From: Phoronis australis
Lineage: Eukaryota; Animalia; Phoronida
NCBI GenBank assembly: GCA_002633005.1
Contig: NMRA01000514.1
Coordinates: 62,001 to 126,000 of the forward strand
DNA: 64,000 nucleotides
Direction of reading: 5' to 3'
The translations under genes and the position numbers were made by a program. The notes under the pieces are model-generated. The model was not told where the DNA came from. It saw only the letters and a program-made list of their open reading frames with translations, and made no database searches. Positions 63,359-64,000 of the stretch are shown piece after piece. Each line of letters starts with the position of its first letter. Position 1 is the first letter of the stretch.

Positions 63359-64000
63359 TAAGTGTATTTTCATAATCCTGATCTTTCTTCTTTCAGAAAG
63401 CACGTTTACTGGTTGACACAGCCTAGATTTTTCTGGTATATTGAGTTTGAACTAACGTTCCTCAATAAGATCCTGCATAACATTAATCAAGCCTTGCCAA
63501 CATCAACAAAGGATCTGGGGACATCCGGGATTGGATCCCGAGATTTTGATGTCGTGTCAAACCTTTTTCTTGGGGCACTGGAGTGAAAATGCACCCATTT
63601 CTATGTGTTGTATGCAAAAATAACTAAAGAATTTAACTAATGTGAACCCGGATATTTAAAAGTAGTTCGACAGTGTAATGGAACTAAAAACGGTGAAATC
63701 GGAATTCCACGTATTCTGCAAGTAATTCAAGAGATTTTTCGGAAACTAATTTTGAGATCTTATTCTTCAGCGATAAGATCGCTGAAAGTTAAATATTATA
63801 AATATAAGTTATTACATTTTAGCTGTTGGACGATTTGTGGAGTGAGCGTTGCTCTTCTTAAGCTGTGGCTAGTCCCTGTACCTCAATTCCTAGCCAATCA
63901 GTGCTCCGCAACTTGTAAACACAGCGACTGTCCGCCGCAACAAGCGCTGTTTTTTAACGATGCGCTTGGGGCTCTGACTGTCGCTGATAAAGCACATAGC

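Noticed and set aside
48800-64000. Protein-coding gene in the last 15 kb
   Set aside because: Only short ORFs without recognisable motifs; appears to be upstream non-coding sequence with repeat fragments, although small exons cannot be excluded.

Overview
Eukaryotic genomic DNA from an invertebrate with a protostome-type intermediate filament gene; AT-rich, with spliceosomal introns. Two convergent protein-coding genes could be assembled by hand from splice signals and codon phase. (1) A plus-strand SLCO/OATP organic-anion transporter: 8 coding exons, 7173-16668, about 683 aa. Its second coding exon appears twice across an N, which is probably a haplotype or assembly artefact. (2) A minus-strand cytoplasmic intermediate filament (IF) gene, 48614-24330, with the long coil 1b and a lamin-tail domain. 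The most notable feature lies between the last rod exon (ends in phase 2) and the first constant tail exon (starts in phase 1). It is a 3.4 kb cassette of five alternative routes, each converting phase 2 to phase 1, so the reading frame favours using exactly one. They encode different Gly/Ser-rich or charged linkers; one route is a chain of microexons that builds a lamin-like basic cluster (TRRKR). The gene also has a 261-codon Cys-rich intron read-through ORF. The rest is non-coding: MITEs and non-autonomous DNA transposons, SINE heads, a 43-bp minisatellite and an inverted pair of Penelope-type hammerhead-like motifs. All gene models are manual predictions without transcript support.
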